A stretch of DNA of 56,350 bases from Bdellovibrionia bacterium (lineage in GTDB: Bacteria; Bdellovibrionota; UBA1018). This document shows, piece by piece, positions 7,471 to 17,247 of this stretch (the first letter of the stretch is position 1; each line of letters starts with the position of its first letter). The notes under the pieces were generated by a model. It saw only the letters and a list, made by a program, of their open reading frames with translations. It was not told the DNA's origin and made no database searches. Location of the stretch: positions 1 to 56,350 of the forward strand of contig JBJMMA010000106.1 of assembly GCA_045805065.1 (NCBI GenBank). The letters run 5' to 3'. The translations under genes and the position numbers were made by a program.

Positions 7471-9297
7471 GTGAAAAAGTCGAATCGCCAAATCGAATAT
7501 TACTTCTATGCTTTGCTCGTTGTCACTGTAGCGCTGGGGACCCGGCTATTGTTGTTGCCACTCACAGGGCCCGGGGCGCCTTTTATCCTGTTTTCGGCCG
7601 CTGTCCTGATCAGCAGCTTTTACTGGGGCGTCGGACCGGGAGTTCTTGCCGCGGCAGTCTCAACGCCACTTGCTGCTTTTCTTTTTGTCTATCAGGCGCA
7701 TTACAGTCCTTTGCAAGCAATGGCGCAGATCACGGTATTTGCGATCGAGATTGCTGTGATTTGTTATTTGGCGGATCGGTTCGCAACCGCCAGGGAGCGA
7801 GCTGAGTCAAGTGAGCGCGCGGCACGGCTTGCGCTGCAAGAGCGCCAGATTTTCTTCGCGCTGATTGAAAATTCCTCTGACCTGATTGCCATCTCGGATA
7901 AGAACGCTAAAATCATCTATCTCAATCCTGCGGGTCGGCAAATGACCGCTTTGCCTGAGAATCGCTCGATCACGGGCATGGAATTGTTGGATCTCTGCTC
8001 TGCCGGACAACGAGAACTGGTTTCACGGGAAATTGTTCCATCCGTTCTAAAGCAGGATTACTGGCACGGAAATACTTATCTCATGAACCAGAAGACCGGA
8101 TCAGAAGTCGCTGTTTCAAGCAGTTCCTTTCTTATTCGACAGCAAGGCTCAAAAGAGGTTCTTGGTATAGGCACCGTTGCTCGCGACATCAGTGAGATCC
8201 AGCGCACTCAAGAAGCGTTGAGAAGAACCGCCTCCGAGCTGAAAGAAGCGCAGCGGGTCGCACAAGTTGGAAACTGGACGTGGAATTTAAAAACGGGGCG
8301 ACATGAGTGGTCGGAGGAGCTCTACCGGATTTTCGGAAAAGACCCGAATCATCCCCTGCCGGCTTATGACGAGATGCTTACGCTCTTCACACCGGAGAGC
8401 GCCCGCAAGCTGGACGAGGTCGTAGCACGAGTGATTGAGAATGGCTCATCCTACAAGATGGACCTTGAGCTGGCAGGTGGCAATGAAGGTCACCGCTGGA
8501 TCTCATCGTGTGGCGAGGCTATACGCGCGGAGTCCGGCGAAGTGGTCGGAATTCGGGGGACTGCCCAGGACATCACTGAGCTCAAGGAGCTGCAAAGAAT
8601 GCGTGAGGAGTGGACCTCCGTGATTGCCCACGATCTCAGGCAGCCCATCAGCTTGATCTCCATGTCCGCCGAACTATTGCCGACCCTCCACAAGGGCGAG
8701 ATGGATAGTGGCGAGCGCGTTGTCGAGGAGAGAATTCACACTGCAGCCATGTCCCTCTCACGCATGGTGGATGATCTGATGGACATCTCTCGAATGGAAG
8801 CCTCACGGCTCGTGCTTGAGCGCAAATGGATTGATCCCAGAGTGGTGGTGCGAGAAACGCTATCCCGGATGTCCCATGAAGTTTCAGGATTCACCGTCTC
8901 TCTGGACGAGAGCGGTGAGCTTTTACCGGTCTATGCCGATCAGATGAGAGTCGAGCAGGTTGTCAGTAATCTGATCACCAACGCCGTGAAGTATGGGAAA
9001 AAGGACTCTAAGATATCCGTCCGTCTCCAGCGCCTTCCAGAAGAAATTCAAATCTCAGTGACGAACGAGGGACCCGGGATCTCCAAAGAAGAAATTCCCA
9101 TAATCTTCAGCCGCTTTTGGAGGTCCAAGTCCACACGCGGCTCCGGAGTGCCAGGACTTGGCCTCGGACTTTATATCGCCAAAGGACTGGTTGAGGGGCA
9201 TGGGGGACGGATCTGGGTTAATAGCACACCAGGAAAGACAACAAGTTTTTCCTTCACGCTGCCTACCCGGGCAGTGGCCGAAAAACAGTCGGCGTGA
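7471..9297 (+). CDS. sensor histidine kinase (DUF4118-like membrane module, PAS region, HisKA, HATPase_c)
   Basis: Multi-TM N-terminus. H-box SVIAHDLRQP. N box NLITNAVKYG. G boxes EGPGIS and GLGLGLYIAKG. GTG start. No adjacent response regulator. Confidence 0.85.
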   Translation: MKKSNRQIEYYFYALLVVTVALGTRLLLLPLTGPGAPFILFSAAVLISSFYWGVGPGVLAAAVSTPLAAFLFVYQAHYSPLQAMAQITVFAIEIAVICYLADRFATARERAESSERAARLALQERQIFFALIENSSDLIAISDKNAKIIYLNPAGRQMTALPENRSITGMELLDLCSAGQRELVSREIVPSVLKQDYWHGNTYLMNQKTGSEVAVSSSSFLIRQQGSKEVLGIGTVARDISEIQRTQEALRRTASELKEAQRVAQVGNWTWNLKTGRHEWSEELYRIFGKDPNHPLPAYDEMLTLFTPESARKLDEVVARVIENGSSYKMDLELAGGNEGHRWISSCGEAIRAESGEVVGIRGTAQDITELKELQRMREEWTSVIAHDLRQPISLISMSAELLPTLHKGEMDSGERVVEERIHTAAMSLSRMVDDLMDISRMEASRLVLERKWIDPRVVVRETLSRMSHEVSGFTVSLDESGELLPVYADQMRVEQVVSNLITNAVKYGKKDSKISVRLQRLPEEIQISVTNEGPGISKEEIPIIFSRFWRSKSTRGSGVPGLGLGLYIAKGLVEGHGGRIWVNSTPGKTTSFSFTLPTRAVAEKQSA

Positions 9298-9305
9298 TCT
9301 ATACC

Positions 9306-10523
9306 TCAGAAGGTATATTGAATACTCGTTTGAAGGCGTGTCGCGCGCCCGCCAGGTTGCGCAATATAATCCGTGTTCAGCTGAGTGACTTCAATGCCTG
9401 CGGTCAAGGGCTTGGTAAATGCGTATACGGCATTTCCAAAGACGAAGCTATTGCGCCTGGGTGCTGTTGCAGTGGATAGATCAGCGGCATCGCACCTGGA
9501 TTGCCCACCACCGGCTGTGAGTTGAAGCCGCGGGTTGGGTTTGTACGCAAGCTGTGTCCAGAAATCCGTTGCATGGACTCCGATGGCATGGCCATTAATG
9601 ACTGCTGCGCCGTTGGAGATGCCGCCGGCAAACATTCTGAGATCTGCTCCACGAACAAACTCTCCTGTTAAAACCAGATTATCTAAAATGGGCAGAGTGA
9701 TGTCAGTGCCGGCTGACCAGGTTGGAACTCGGGCCGTGTCGCTCAAATTTCCGCTCAGGTAATATTTTTCCATTCCGTAGTGACCATAGATTCCGACGAT
9801 AGCGGGGGCATCTTGCCAAAGCTTGCTTTGAATTGCGATGCGCGACTGAACCTGAGGGTAGTTCATGTCGTTTCCGTTATTCAGGTTTGCACTCGCGGGC
9901 GAAACTCCGTCGGAGCCAACTGTTTTCCCAAAAGCGAGTTGAGTGATGATCTTGCGATCATGCTGCAAGCGAATACCTTTCGTGAAACGAAGCTGGGGTC
10001 TGCGATAACCCAGGTCACCAGCGTTCCATCCGGCGTAGTAGTTCAAGGTTGTCGTCAAAAGAGGTGAGATGACGTCCCAGTTCTGACCCGCACTGATTTC
10101 AAAATCGCTCGCTTCCCAATGAAGGGAAGCATAAGCCAGACGCAACTGGGGGAGAGGCTTGTTATCCCAAGCGTTAGTTGGAGACGTCGTGGAGCTGAGG
10201 TAGTTGTTATCGTCGTAAAAGTCGATTTCAACCTTACCGGAGAGTTTTGCGCCGATTGTATCAGGACCTCCAAGATCAATTCCAATTCTGGTCTGGTTTG
10301 CCGTGGCATTAAATTGATTGGATCCTGCTACGTTTTGCGCATCGGAGACGGCGATTCGGTAATAGTCGCCGGGAGAGACTTGCGCAGTATCATAAGCTGC
10401 GTCGAACTTCACAAATCCATAAAGCTTAGCGGTGACCTTGTCATCGACATGAGCGCGCCCCCTGAACGCAACGAGAGCCAGAAAGAAGATCAACAAAAGA
10501 TGCCGAAAGTTTGATGTTCCCAT
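9306..10523 (-). CDS. outer-membrane beta-barrel (porin-like) protein
   Basis: Signal peptide MGTSNFRHLLLIFFLALVAFRGRAHV from ATG 10523. Alternating-strand composition. C-terminal ...TSIQYTF with a terminal Phe. Confidence 0.55.
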   Translation of the reverse strand: MGTSNFRHLLLIFFLALVAFRGRAHVDDKVTAKLYGFVKFDAAYDTAQVSPGDYYRIAVSDAQNVAGSNQFNATANQTRIGIDLGGPDTIGAKLSGKVEIDFYDDNNYLSSTTSPTNAWDNKPLPQLRLAYASLHWEASDFEISAGQNWDVISPLLTTTLNYYAGWNAGDLGYRRPQLRFTKGIRLQHDRKIITQLAFGKTVGSDGVSPASANLNNGNDMNYPQVQSRIAIQSKLWQDAPAIVGIYGHYGMEKYYLSGNLSDTARVPTWSAGTDITLPILDNLVLTGEFVRGADLRMFAGGISNGAAVINGHAIGVHATDFWTQLAYKPNPRLQLTAGGGQSRCDAADLSTATAPRRNSFVFGNAVYAFTKPLTAGIEVTQLNTDYIAQPGGRATRLQTSIQYTF

Positions 10524-10596
10524 GAGCGAGCGGCCTTCCCAGGCTGCTTTCTTGCAAAACGAGTGCGAGCGGCAAGCACGGGCATTCAGAAGCGGT

Positions 10597-12651
10597 ATGA
10601 AAGGCGGAACCTTGGCAAACGGATTATCCAGAATCGGATGGTTTCTCATTTCTGCATCAGGAGCGATTGCTCTTGGAGTTGTCGCTACTTCACGCAGTGA
10701 GCCGATTAATGCGCTCTGGGTCGTGATGGCTGCGGTATGCAGCTATTTTGTGGCTTACCGCTACTATTCGAAATTTATCGCGGCTCGAGTGTTGGGTGTG
10801 GATTCCGCAAGACCGACTCCTGCAGTACGCCGAAACGATGGCCTTGATTACGTGCCGACCCATAAGTACGTGTTGTTTGGGCACCACTTTGCGGCAATCG
10901 CAGGTGCTGGGCCTCTGGTAGGTCCGGTTCTCGCTGCTCAGATGGGGTATCTGCCTGGCACTCTTTGGATCATCGCTGGTGTTGTTTTTGCGGGTGCGGT
11001 GCAGGACATGGTGGTCTTGTTTTTCTCGATGCGACGAGACGGCAAATCTTTGGGCGATATGGTGCGCCTTGAGATGGGAACTCTTGCGGGCCGAATCGCG
11101 CTTGTCGGCGTACTCTTGATCATGATCATCATCCTGGCAGTTCTTGCCTTGGTGGTCGTGAAGGCCTTGGCTGGAAGCCCCTGGGGAACATTCACCGTTT
11201 TTTCCACGCTTCCCATCGCCATGCTCATGGGGATTTATGAGCGGTTCATTCGTCCGGGAAAAATCGCGGAGATGTCTATTATCGGCTTTATCCTTTTGAT
11301 GGCCGCTCTGATCTTCGGACGCCAGGTTTCTGAAAGCGCAACGCTTGCCCCGTTCTTTACTTTCACCGGAACATCACTTGCCAAAATCATCATCGGTTAT
11401 GGATTCTTTGCTTCAGTACTTCCGGTGTGGCTCGTGCTCGCTCCGCGAGACTATCTATCGACGTTTCTTAAGATCGGAGCCATTCTTGCGCTTGCCTTGG
11501 GAATTGTTGTCGCAATGCCTGTCCTTAAAATGCCGGCGCTTACACGTTTTGTGGACGGTAGCGGGCCCGTCTTTTCAGGAAGCCTCTTTCCGTTTCTCTT
11601 CATCACCATTGCCTGTGGCGCTGTATCGGGTTTCCATGCGCTGATCTCCTCGGGTACGACGCCCAAGATGATTGAAAGCGAGTCACAGACTCGCTTTATT
11701 GGTTACGGCGGGATGCTCATGGAATCCTTTGTCGCCATCATGGCGATGGTGGCAGCAAGCGGGATTGAGCCTGGAATTTACTTCGCCATGAACAGCCCTG
11801 CTGCGGTGATTGGAAAAGAAGCCGCTCAGGTGGCAAGTGTTGTCTCAAGCTGGGGGTTTCCCGTAACCCCGGAAATGTTGACGAACGCCGCGAAAGAAGT
11901 CGGGGAGACGAGTATCATTTCACGTGCGGGTGGGGCTCCGACACTTGCTGTTGGAATGGCGGAGATCTTCTCCAATCTTTTTAAAAACCGCGCGCTGATG
12001 GGATTTTGGTATCACTTTGCAATTCTCTTTGAAGCGCTCTTTATTCTGACGGCAGTCGACGCGGGTACCCGTGTTGCCCGTTTTATGATTCAGGATCTTC
12101 TCGGAGGATTTATCCCACGCTTTCGCGAGACTAGAAGTTGGATCAATAACGTGCTCGGATCGTTTCTGGCCGTGGCAATGTGGGGATACATACTTTACGT
12201 GGGTGTTACGGATCCTCTCGGAGGCGTGAATACGCTTTGGCCACTTTTTGGAATCTCCAATCAGATGCTAGCAGGTATCGCGCTGGTTCTTGGAACGGTC
12301 ATTCTTCTCAAAATGAAGCGTGGACGCTATGCCTGGGTGACTGCCGTGCCTGCGGTCTGGCTTTTGATCTGTACGATCACGGCTGGCCTGGAGAAAGTTT
12401 TCAGCAGCTCGCCTGCTCTTGGATTTCTGGCTCATGCTTCCAAGTATAAGGATGCAATCGCCCGAGGAGAGGTTTTAAGCCCGGCAACTGGGCCTGATCA
12501 AATGAAGCAGATTCTTTTTAATGACTACGTGGATGCAAGTCTTTCGGCTGCGTTCACATTAGTTGTAATCGCAATGTTGATAGCTGGCATCTTCTCGGCA
12601 CGAAAAGCGATCCAATCAAGCAGGCCAACGGCTATTGAGATCGACAGTTGA
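10597..12651 (+). CDS. cstA: carbon starvation protein A (peptide/pyruvate transporter)
   Basis: RRNDGLDYVPTHKYVLFGHHFAAIAGAGPLVGPVLAAQMGYLPG is near-identical to the E. coli CstA N-terminal signature. About 18 TM segments. The start at ATG 10597 (MKGG...) aligns with the CstA N-terminus. Confidence 0.9.
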   Translation: MKGGTLANGLSRIGWFLISASGAIALGVVATSRSEPINALWVVMAAVCSYFVAYRYYSKFIAARVLGVDSARPTPAVRRNDGLDYVPTHKYVLFGHHFAAIAGAGPLVGPVLAAQMGYLPGTLWIIAGVVFAGAVQDMVVLFFSMRRDGKSLGDMVRLEMGTLAGRIALVGVLLIMIIILAVLALVVVKALAGSPWGTFTVFSTLPIAMLMGIYERFIRPGKIAEMSIIGFILLMAALIFGRQVSESATLAPFFTFTGTSLAKIIIGYGFFASVLPVWLVLAPRDYLSTFLKIGAILALALGIVVAMPVLKMPALTRFVDGSGPVFSGSLFPFLFITIACGAVSGFHALISSGTTPKMIESESQTRFIGYGGMLMESFVAIMAMVAASGIEPGIYFAMNSPAAVIGKEAAQVASVVSSWGFPVTPEMLTNAAKEVGETSIISRAGGAPTLAVGMAEIFSNLFKNRALMGFWYHFAILFEALFILTAVDAGTRVARFMIQDLLGGFIPRFRETRSWINNVLGSFLAVAMWGYILYVGVTDPLGGVNTLWPLFGISNQMLAGIALVLGTVILLKMKRGRYAWVTAVPAVWLLICTITAGLEKVFSSSPALGFLAHASKYKDAIARGEVLSPATGPDQMKQILFNDYVDASLSAAFTLVVIAMLIAGIFSARKAIQSSRPTAIEIDS

Positions 12652-12671
12652 GATCACACTTGAGATTAAAG

Positions 12672-12878
12672 ATGCGCACTAAAGTCAGTTGGATCTACCG
12701 CTGCTTTCAGAGAGCTCAGCAGACTTTTCGCCTGATGGTTGGAGTGCCTGATTACGAAACCTATGTTCGTCATCAGAAAGAGCGGCATCCAACAGCGCCC
12801 GTTCTCAGTTACAAAGAGTTCTTTCGCGAGGCTCAGAAAAAGCGATATGAGGGTAGCGGCCAGGGGAAATGCTGCTGA
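12672..12878 (+). CDS. ybdD: YbdD/YjiX-family small protein (DUF466)
   Basis: VPDYETYVRHQKERHPTAPVLSYKEFFREAQKKRYEG....KCC matches the YbdD/YjiX pattern. It lies immediately downstream of cstA, as in E. coli. Confidence 0.8.
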   Translation: MRTKVSWIYRCFQRAQQTFRLMVGVPDYETYVRHQKERHPTAPVLSYKEFFREAQKKRYEGSGQGKCC

Positions 12879-12923
12879 TCAACAAACAGCTTCAAAATAA
12901 ATTTATAGCCGCCGGAACTCGAG

Positions 12924-12948
12924 CCTTCAGACTTACGTAGTCTGAAGG
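12924..12948 (+). promoter_or_regulatory. 10-bp perfect hairpin covering the SD of the downstream phosphoesterase gene
   Basis: CCTTCAGACT-tacgt-AGTCTGAAGG. The 3' arm contains GAAGG, ending 1 nt before ATG 12950. There is no T-tract after it. Confidence 0.35.
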
Positions 12949-12949
12949 T

Positions 12950-13882
12950 ATGCACCTCAAAAACAGAAAGTTCTCGTCGGCGGTTGGTTTGAGCCTTGGC
13001 CTAAGTATGCTTGCAGTGGCCTCGCAAAGCTGTAACGGCTCGGCAGGGGATTCTGCACAAGCAGCTGTTACTTTAAGCGCAACTCCAAGCACAAATCCGA
13101 ATCAGGACTCCCAAACTGCCGATCCTGCTCAGAAGAAAGTTTTTGTCATCGTGCTTGAGAACACAGATGCATCGAGCGCAATCAAACAGCCCTTCCTTGG
13201 GCAGCTTGCCGCCAAAGGTGCGCTCTTATCCAATTACTCCGCGATCACCAATCCATCGCAGCCCAATTACATTGGGCTGACTTCGGCAGGAACCTGGGGA
13301 ATTGCGGATGACAGCAATCATACGGTGGACGTCCGCCACATTGGAAACCTGGTCGAAGAAAAAGGCCTGACTTGGAAATCCTATGCTGAGAGCTATCCAG
13401 GCGGATGTAATCTGAGCGCATCCATCGGTACCTATGTTCGCAAACACGAGCCTTTTCTCAGTTACAAAAATGTTCAGACGGATGCCACTCGCTGCGCAAA
13501 AGTCGTCAACTCCTCCCAGCTTGCAACGGACATCGCTGCAGGCACGGTTCCCAATTACTCATTTTACGTCCCCGACATGAACAATGACGGACACGATACC
13601 GGCGTTGCTTACGCTGATAATTGGTTATCGAACACTTTCTCGTCGCTCATCAATGATCCTAAGTTCATGAAGGACAATCTCTTCATCGTGACTTTTGATG
13701 AAGGAAGCCAGGCAAACCAGGTCTACACGGTCCTTTATGGAGATGCGGTAATTCCTGGCTCAACGTCCTCGCAGGCCACCGGTCACTACGGATTACTGGC
13801 CACGATCGAGCAGTATCTGGGCCTGGGATCTTTAGGGCAGGCAGACGCCACGGCACAACCGATCACCGGCATTTGGAAGTAA
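12950..13882 (+). CDS. secreted phosphoesterase-family protein (acid phosphatase / phospholipase C-like)
   Basis: VFVIVLENTDASS, NYSAITNPSQPNY, DMNNDGHDTG and FIVTFDEG fit phosphoesterase (PF04185-type) motifs. N-terminal signal sequence present. Confidence 0.7.
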   Translation: MHLKNRKFSSAVGLSLGLSMLAVASQSCNGSAGDSAQAAVTLSATPSTNPNQDSQTADPAQKKVFVIVLENTDASSAIKQPFLGQLAAKGALLSNYSAITNPSQPNYIGLTSAGTWGIADDSNHTVDVRHIGNLVEEKGLTWKSYAESYPGGCNLSASIGTYVRKHEPFLSYKNVQTDATRCAKVVNSSQLATDIAAGTVPNYSFYVPDMNNDGHDTGVAYADNWLSNTFSSLINDPKFMKDNLFIVTFDEGSQANQVYTVLYGDAVIPGSTSSQATGHYGLLATIEQYLGLGSLGQADATAQPITGIWK

Positions 13883-13883
13883 C

Positions 13884-15659
13884 TCACGCAGGCAGCTCGA
13901 CAATGAAAGTCGCGCCTTTGCCAGGCTCGCTTTCCACCCGGATTGAGCCATCATGCGCTTCAATGATTTCCTTCGACAGATAAAGCCCAAGGCCCAGCCC
14001 GCCGGCATCGTTTGGAGATTTGATGCGTCCGAATCTTTCAAAGATTCTCTCTTTGTCTTGAGGGGGGACCCCTGGTCCCTGGTCTGAAACGGAAATACGG
14101 ATGTGATTATTCTGCATCTTTTCCGCACGAACGTGAACAGGGAGCGAGTTGCAGAATCGGAGGGCATTTGTCAAAAGATTGAGCAGAACTTGCTCAATCC
14201 TGAACGCATCCCAGTTGCCAGTTAAGTCCTCTTGAGCTTCCAGGACAATCGATGAACCTACTTCACGAAACTGATCTCTCATGTCCTCAACTACGGTCCG
14301 CAAAATCTGCGCCAAGGACGTTGGGCCGAGATTCAAAACAAAATGATGTGTTGTGATCCGGGACAGATCCAGCATGTTGTCGATGAGGTTTCTGAGCCGC
14401 TGCGTCTGCCTTTCAAGCTTTTGAATCACCGAGAGGGGAACAGAAGTCAGATCTGATTCTTCCACAGTACGTGCTGACTTCTGGATCATCTGAAGTCGAA
14501 GTATCAGAGTTGTCAGGGGCGTCTTGAGCTCATGGCTGGCCAAGGTGAGAAACTCATCACGAGCCTGAACGGCTTCCTGAAGTTTTTTGAGCAAGTTCTC
14601 CCGTTCTTGCTCAATCTGACGGCGCTTGGAATTATCCCGCATGATGACGGAGTAGCCCCGAAGCTCTCCGTTGGTGCCATAAAGCGCGGTAACCAGAACG
14701 TACGTCCAGAACCTGCCGCCGTCTTTCCTGGGGCGCCATCCTTCGTACTCAAAATGCCCCTCATCCTTTGCGTGTCGTAAGATGATAGACAGAGTCTCGG
14801 TGCTGTCACTTTGCTCGTTGTAGAATATCGAGATGTTCTTGCCGATCATTTCACTTGAAGAGTAACCCGTGATTCGCTCGGCGCCAGAATTCCATTTCTG
14901 GACTACGCCATCGACTGAAAGAAGATAAATGCCGTAATCCTTGATTCCGTCAAAAAGCGCCCGGTATTGCTCCTCGCTTTGACGAGTTCTATCGATGCTC
15001 TTTTCATAAGAAGTGGCAACGCTCTCGATCTGATTTCGAGAATGAAGTCCGATCAGGACGCCAAAAAGAATCGCCAGAACAAATGTAAGAATCAGGGTGC
15101 GGATGAGCTCTTGATCCCACTGCCGAGCACCCTCACTTCTTAAGTTTTCTTCCGTGCGGATCAGAGACTGGACCTGACCTCGCAACTCATCCATGCGCCG
15201 CTTTCCCTCAACGTCAGGGGGAGCATGCCCAGCGGGATGTGAGGCCTGAGCTGCGGCGATCCTTTGGTTGGTATATTGTATCCATGAGTTAAGCAAAGAT
15301 TCGATCTGACGAGCTTTGGCTTGTTGATCGGGACTCTTCTCCAAGGATCGATCCAGCAAAGTGATCTCGTTTTGGATGGAGCCCAAGGCACGATCATAAG
15401 GCTCCAGAAATTTGGAATCCCCACTCAGGAGAAACCCACGAAAGCCCGTCTCCATGTCGATCATCAACGTTTGAATATGATTGATGTCCGAAATGACGCG
15501 ATCAATTCGATCCACTTCGAGTGCTACTGATCTTTGATGGAAGATCTGTGCGGTGAGTGCGCAAGCAAGCAGCAGTAACAAGACTATTGGCAACGCGACA
15601 ATGCGTCTCAGCTTGCGGCTGAAATCTTTCTGCTCAAGAAGTGTATAGCTATAAGGCAT
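13884..15659 (-). CDS. sensor histidine kinase (CHASE3, TM, PAS, HisKA, HATPase_c)
   Basis: CHASE3-like N-terminus (IQTLMIDMETGFRGFLLSGDSKFLEPY). PAS region (YRALFDGIKDYGIYLLSVDG). H-box LTLASHELKTPL. GLGLGLYLSKE. No adjacent response regulator. Confidence 0.8.
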   Translation of the reverse strand: MPYSYTLLEQKDFSRKLRRIVALPIVLLLLLACALTAQIFHQRSVALEVDRIDRVISDINHIQTLMIDMETGFRGFLLSGDSKFLEPYDRALGSIQNEITLLDRSLEKSPDQQAKARQIESLLNSWIQYTNQRIAAAQASHPAGHAPPDVEGKRRMDELRGQVQSLIRTEENLRSEGARQWDQELIRTLILTFVLAILFGVLIGLHSRNQIESVATSYEKSIDRTRQSEEQYRALFDGIKDYGIYLLSVDGVVQKWNSGAERITGYSSSEMIGKNISIFYNEQSDSTETLSIILRHAKDEGHFEYEGWRPRKDGGRFWTYVLVTALYGTNGELRGYSVIMRDNSKRRQIEQERENLLKKLQEAVQARDEFLTLASHELKTPLTTLILRLQMIQKSARTVEESDLTSVPLSVIQKLERQTQRLRNLIDNMLDLSRITTHHFVLNLGPTSLAQILRTVVEDMRDQFREVGSSIVLEAQEDLTGNWDAFRIEQVLLNLLTNALRFCNSLPVHVRAEKMQNNHIRISVSDQGPGVPPQDKERIFERFGRIKSPNDAGGLGLGLYLSKEIIEAHDGSIRVESEPGKGATFIVELPA

Positions 15660-15738
15660 TCGTTAGCGTCCGATTTACAAATGTCTGAACGCTTGCAAGC
15701 CTCGTGCGGCTGAAGATGCCTGCTTTAGAGTGAATGCG

Positions 15739-16524
15739 TCAAAGCTTAAGCTGGCTGCAGTAGAAGAGCGCTGGATACGCCGCGGCCCAGGAAAGAAGAA
15801 AGCGGTTCAGTCCAAAGAAATAGAAGTTGGATAAATGAAAAAAAATCGCCAGGCTCATCAGTGCGACGCATGTCTGCATATTCAGGAGCGCCAAAGGAAA
15901 AAGGCACTCAAAAACCATGACGCCCCAGGAAGCAAGCTTCGAAAGCTTCAAATGATTTGAGATCGCAAGGCTCAAAGGATCAGGCGAGTAGATGGTTGAG
16001 CTGAGGAATCCCGAGAGCGCCTTTCCGCTTCGCCAGTTCTCTTTTCTGAGCTTGATGGTTCCCGCAATGAAGTACGAGGTGCAGGTCTGAATTGCGATGT
16101 ACCAGAGACAGGCAGTCCCAAGGGAAGAGTTTTCCCTGAAGAGTAAAGCAACGCTGAGGGCTGAGAGGACAATCAGATTCATGAAGTCACTGCCGCCATT
16201 AAAAGACCCGCGCCAGCGGAGCGAAATCAAAAGCGTCGTCACGAAAAGCAGGATCACGGGAATTGCGTGCGGGTCAAACGTGATCCACGCTGCACACACC
16301 AGACGAAGAGCCAGGATTCCAAGAAAGTTTGGATAAGAGAGAAGCAGGTCCAAAAGTGAGCGAAACCAGCCAGGAAGAGACTCAAAATCTCTTCGGATCA
16401 GCTTCCACTTCCAGACTCCGGAGTCCTGAGCCGTTTCACGGATGGAGATCAATTCCAGGGTCTGGAAAAAGACCGCAATCCCGATGACGGCAGATGTCCA
16501 ATGGATGGCTTGCTCGAGATTCAT
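15739..16524 (-). CDS. polytopic membrane protein, possibly HTTM/SdpB-like
   Basis: 6-8 hydrophobic segments. SLRWRGSFNGGSDFMNLIVLSAL is reminiscent of HTTM-type proteins. 4-nt ATGG/TGA-type overlap with the upstream gene. Confidence 0.35.
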   Translation of the reverse strand: MNLEQAIHWTSAVIGIAVFFQTLELISIRETAQDSGVWKWKLIRRDFESLPGWFRSLLDLLLSYPNFLGILALRLVCAAWITFDPHAIPVILLFVTTLLISLRWRGSFNGGSDFMNLIVLSALSVALLFRENSSLGTACLWYIAIQTCTSYFIAGTIKLRKENWRSGKALSGFLSSTIYSPDPLSLAISNHLKLSKLASWGVMVFECLFPLALLNMQTCVALMSLAIFFHLSNFYFFGLNRFLLSWAAAYPALFYCSQLKL

Positions 16525-17015
16525 GGGGTGACCCTGTAGACAGGTGAGAGGAGAAGGTCGTCGCTGACTCCGCTCACTTTGAACTGAAAGTACCGGGCAT
16601 CTGAGGGCAGGTGAAACCGGACCAGGTTTCTTGCGAGCTGATAAGACACAAGGCTTTCAACCGCGTTACTGTCCGTGTCTGGAAGATCGTTGATCTCACT
16701 CAGTAGATGTTGCACCAGAGATCCTGCCGCCAAAACATAGTTTGCTTTGGGATTATACAAGACCTGGTAAAAGCGCCGCTCGGGTCGAGCCAGGCATTTC
16801 CACCAGCCGCTCAGTTCATCTTTCTCATTGCCGTGCCGGAAGTGGAGCGTCGGGGCTTCATCAAAATCCTCGAAAAATCTCCACGATGGCAGAAGAGCCC
16901 GGAACAGGTAAGTCGTTTTTCCCGGCAATGTCTTTCTCTTCAAAAGAGTGAAGACGATGATTGCCAGAAAATAGAGACCGATCAGAAGTGTACTTGAGGA
17001 AGTAGGTGAGCTCAC
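16521..17015 (-). CDS. small membrane-anchored protein, possibly SdpA-like
   Basis: N-terminal TM helix followed by LLPSWRFFEDFDE, which resembles (from memory) the P-x-x-W-x-F-F motif of SdpA-family proteins. Translationally coupled to the downstream membrane protein. Confidence 0.35.
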   Translation of the reverse strand: MSSPTSSSTLLIGLYFLAIIVFTLLKRKTLPGKTTYLFRALLPSWRFFEDFDEAPTLHFRHGNEKDELSGWWKCLARPERRFYQVLYNPKANYVLAAGSLVQHLLSEINDLPDTDSNAVESLVSYQLARNLVRFHLPSDARYFQFKVSGVSDDLLLSPVYRVTP

Positions 17016-17247
17016 GGGTTTCTATGATTAAACAGTGTGGAAGGTCTGCAGGCAAGCCCCTGTAGGACTGCGCCATGCAGGACTGTACCATTATTTTGAC
17101 ACCTGAACCAAAACTGCATCTGCGTAGCGCTTTGTTGTGTACTGGAAAGCATACATTTTCCCCACGATTTGATCTGATTTTGGCTGGCATGCGCCTTGCT
17201 CTGATCGGGCGTCCCAACCCGATCAAACAAAAGGAGTGCACGCAAGA

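Noticed and set aside
7413-7805. 130-aa plus-strand ORF overlapping the start of the histidine kinase in another frame.
   Set aside because: It is Cys/Arg-rich with no motifs. The kinase frame gives a coherent TM-PAS-HisKA protein.
9306-10649. Long N-terminal extensions of the porin ORF (to 10649) and of cstA (from 10522) that would overlap each other.
   Set aside because: Internal ATGs at 10523 and 10597 give a proper signal peptide and a CstA-aligned N-terminus respectively, and they remove the overlap.
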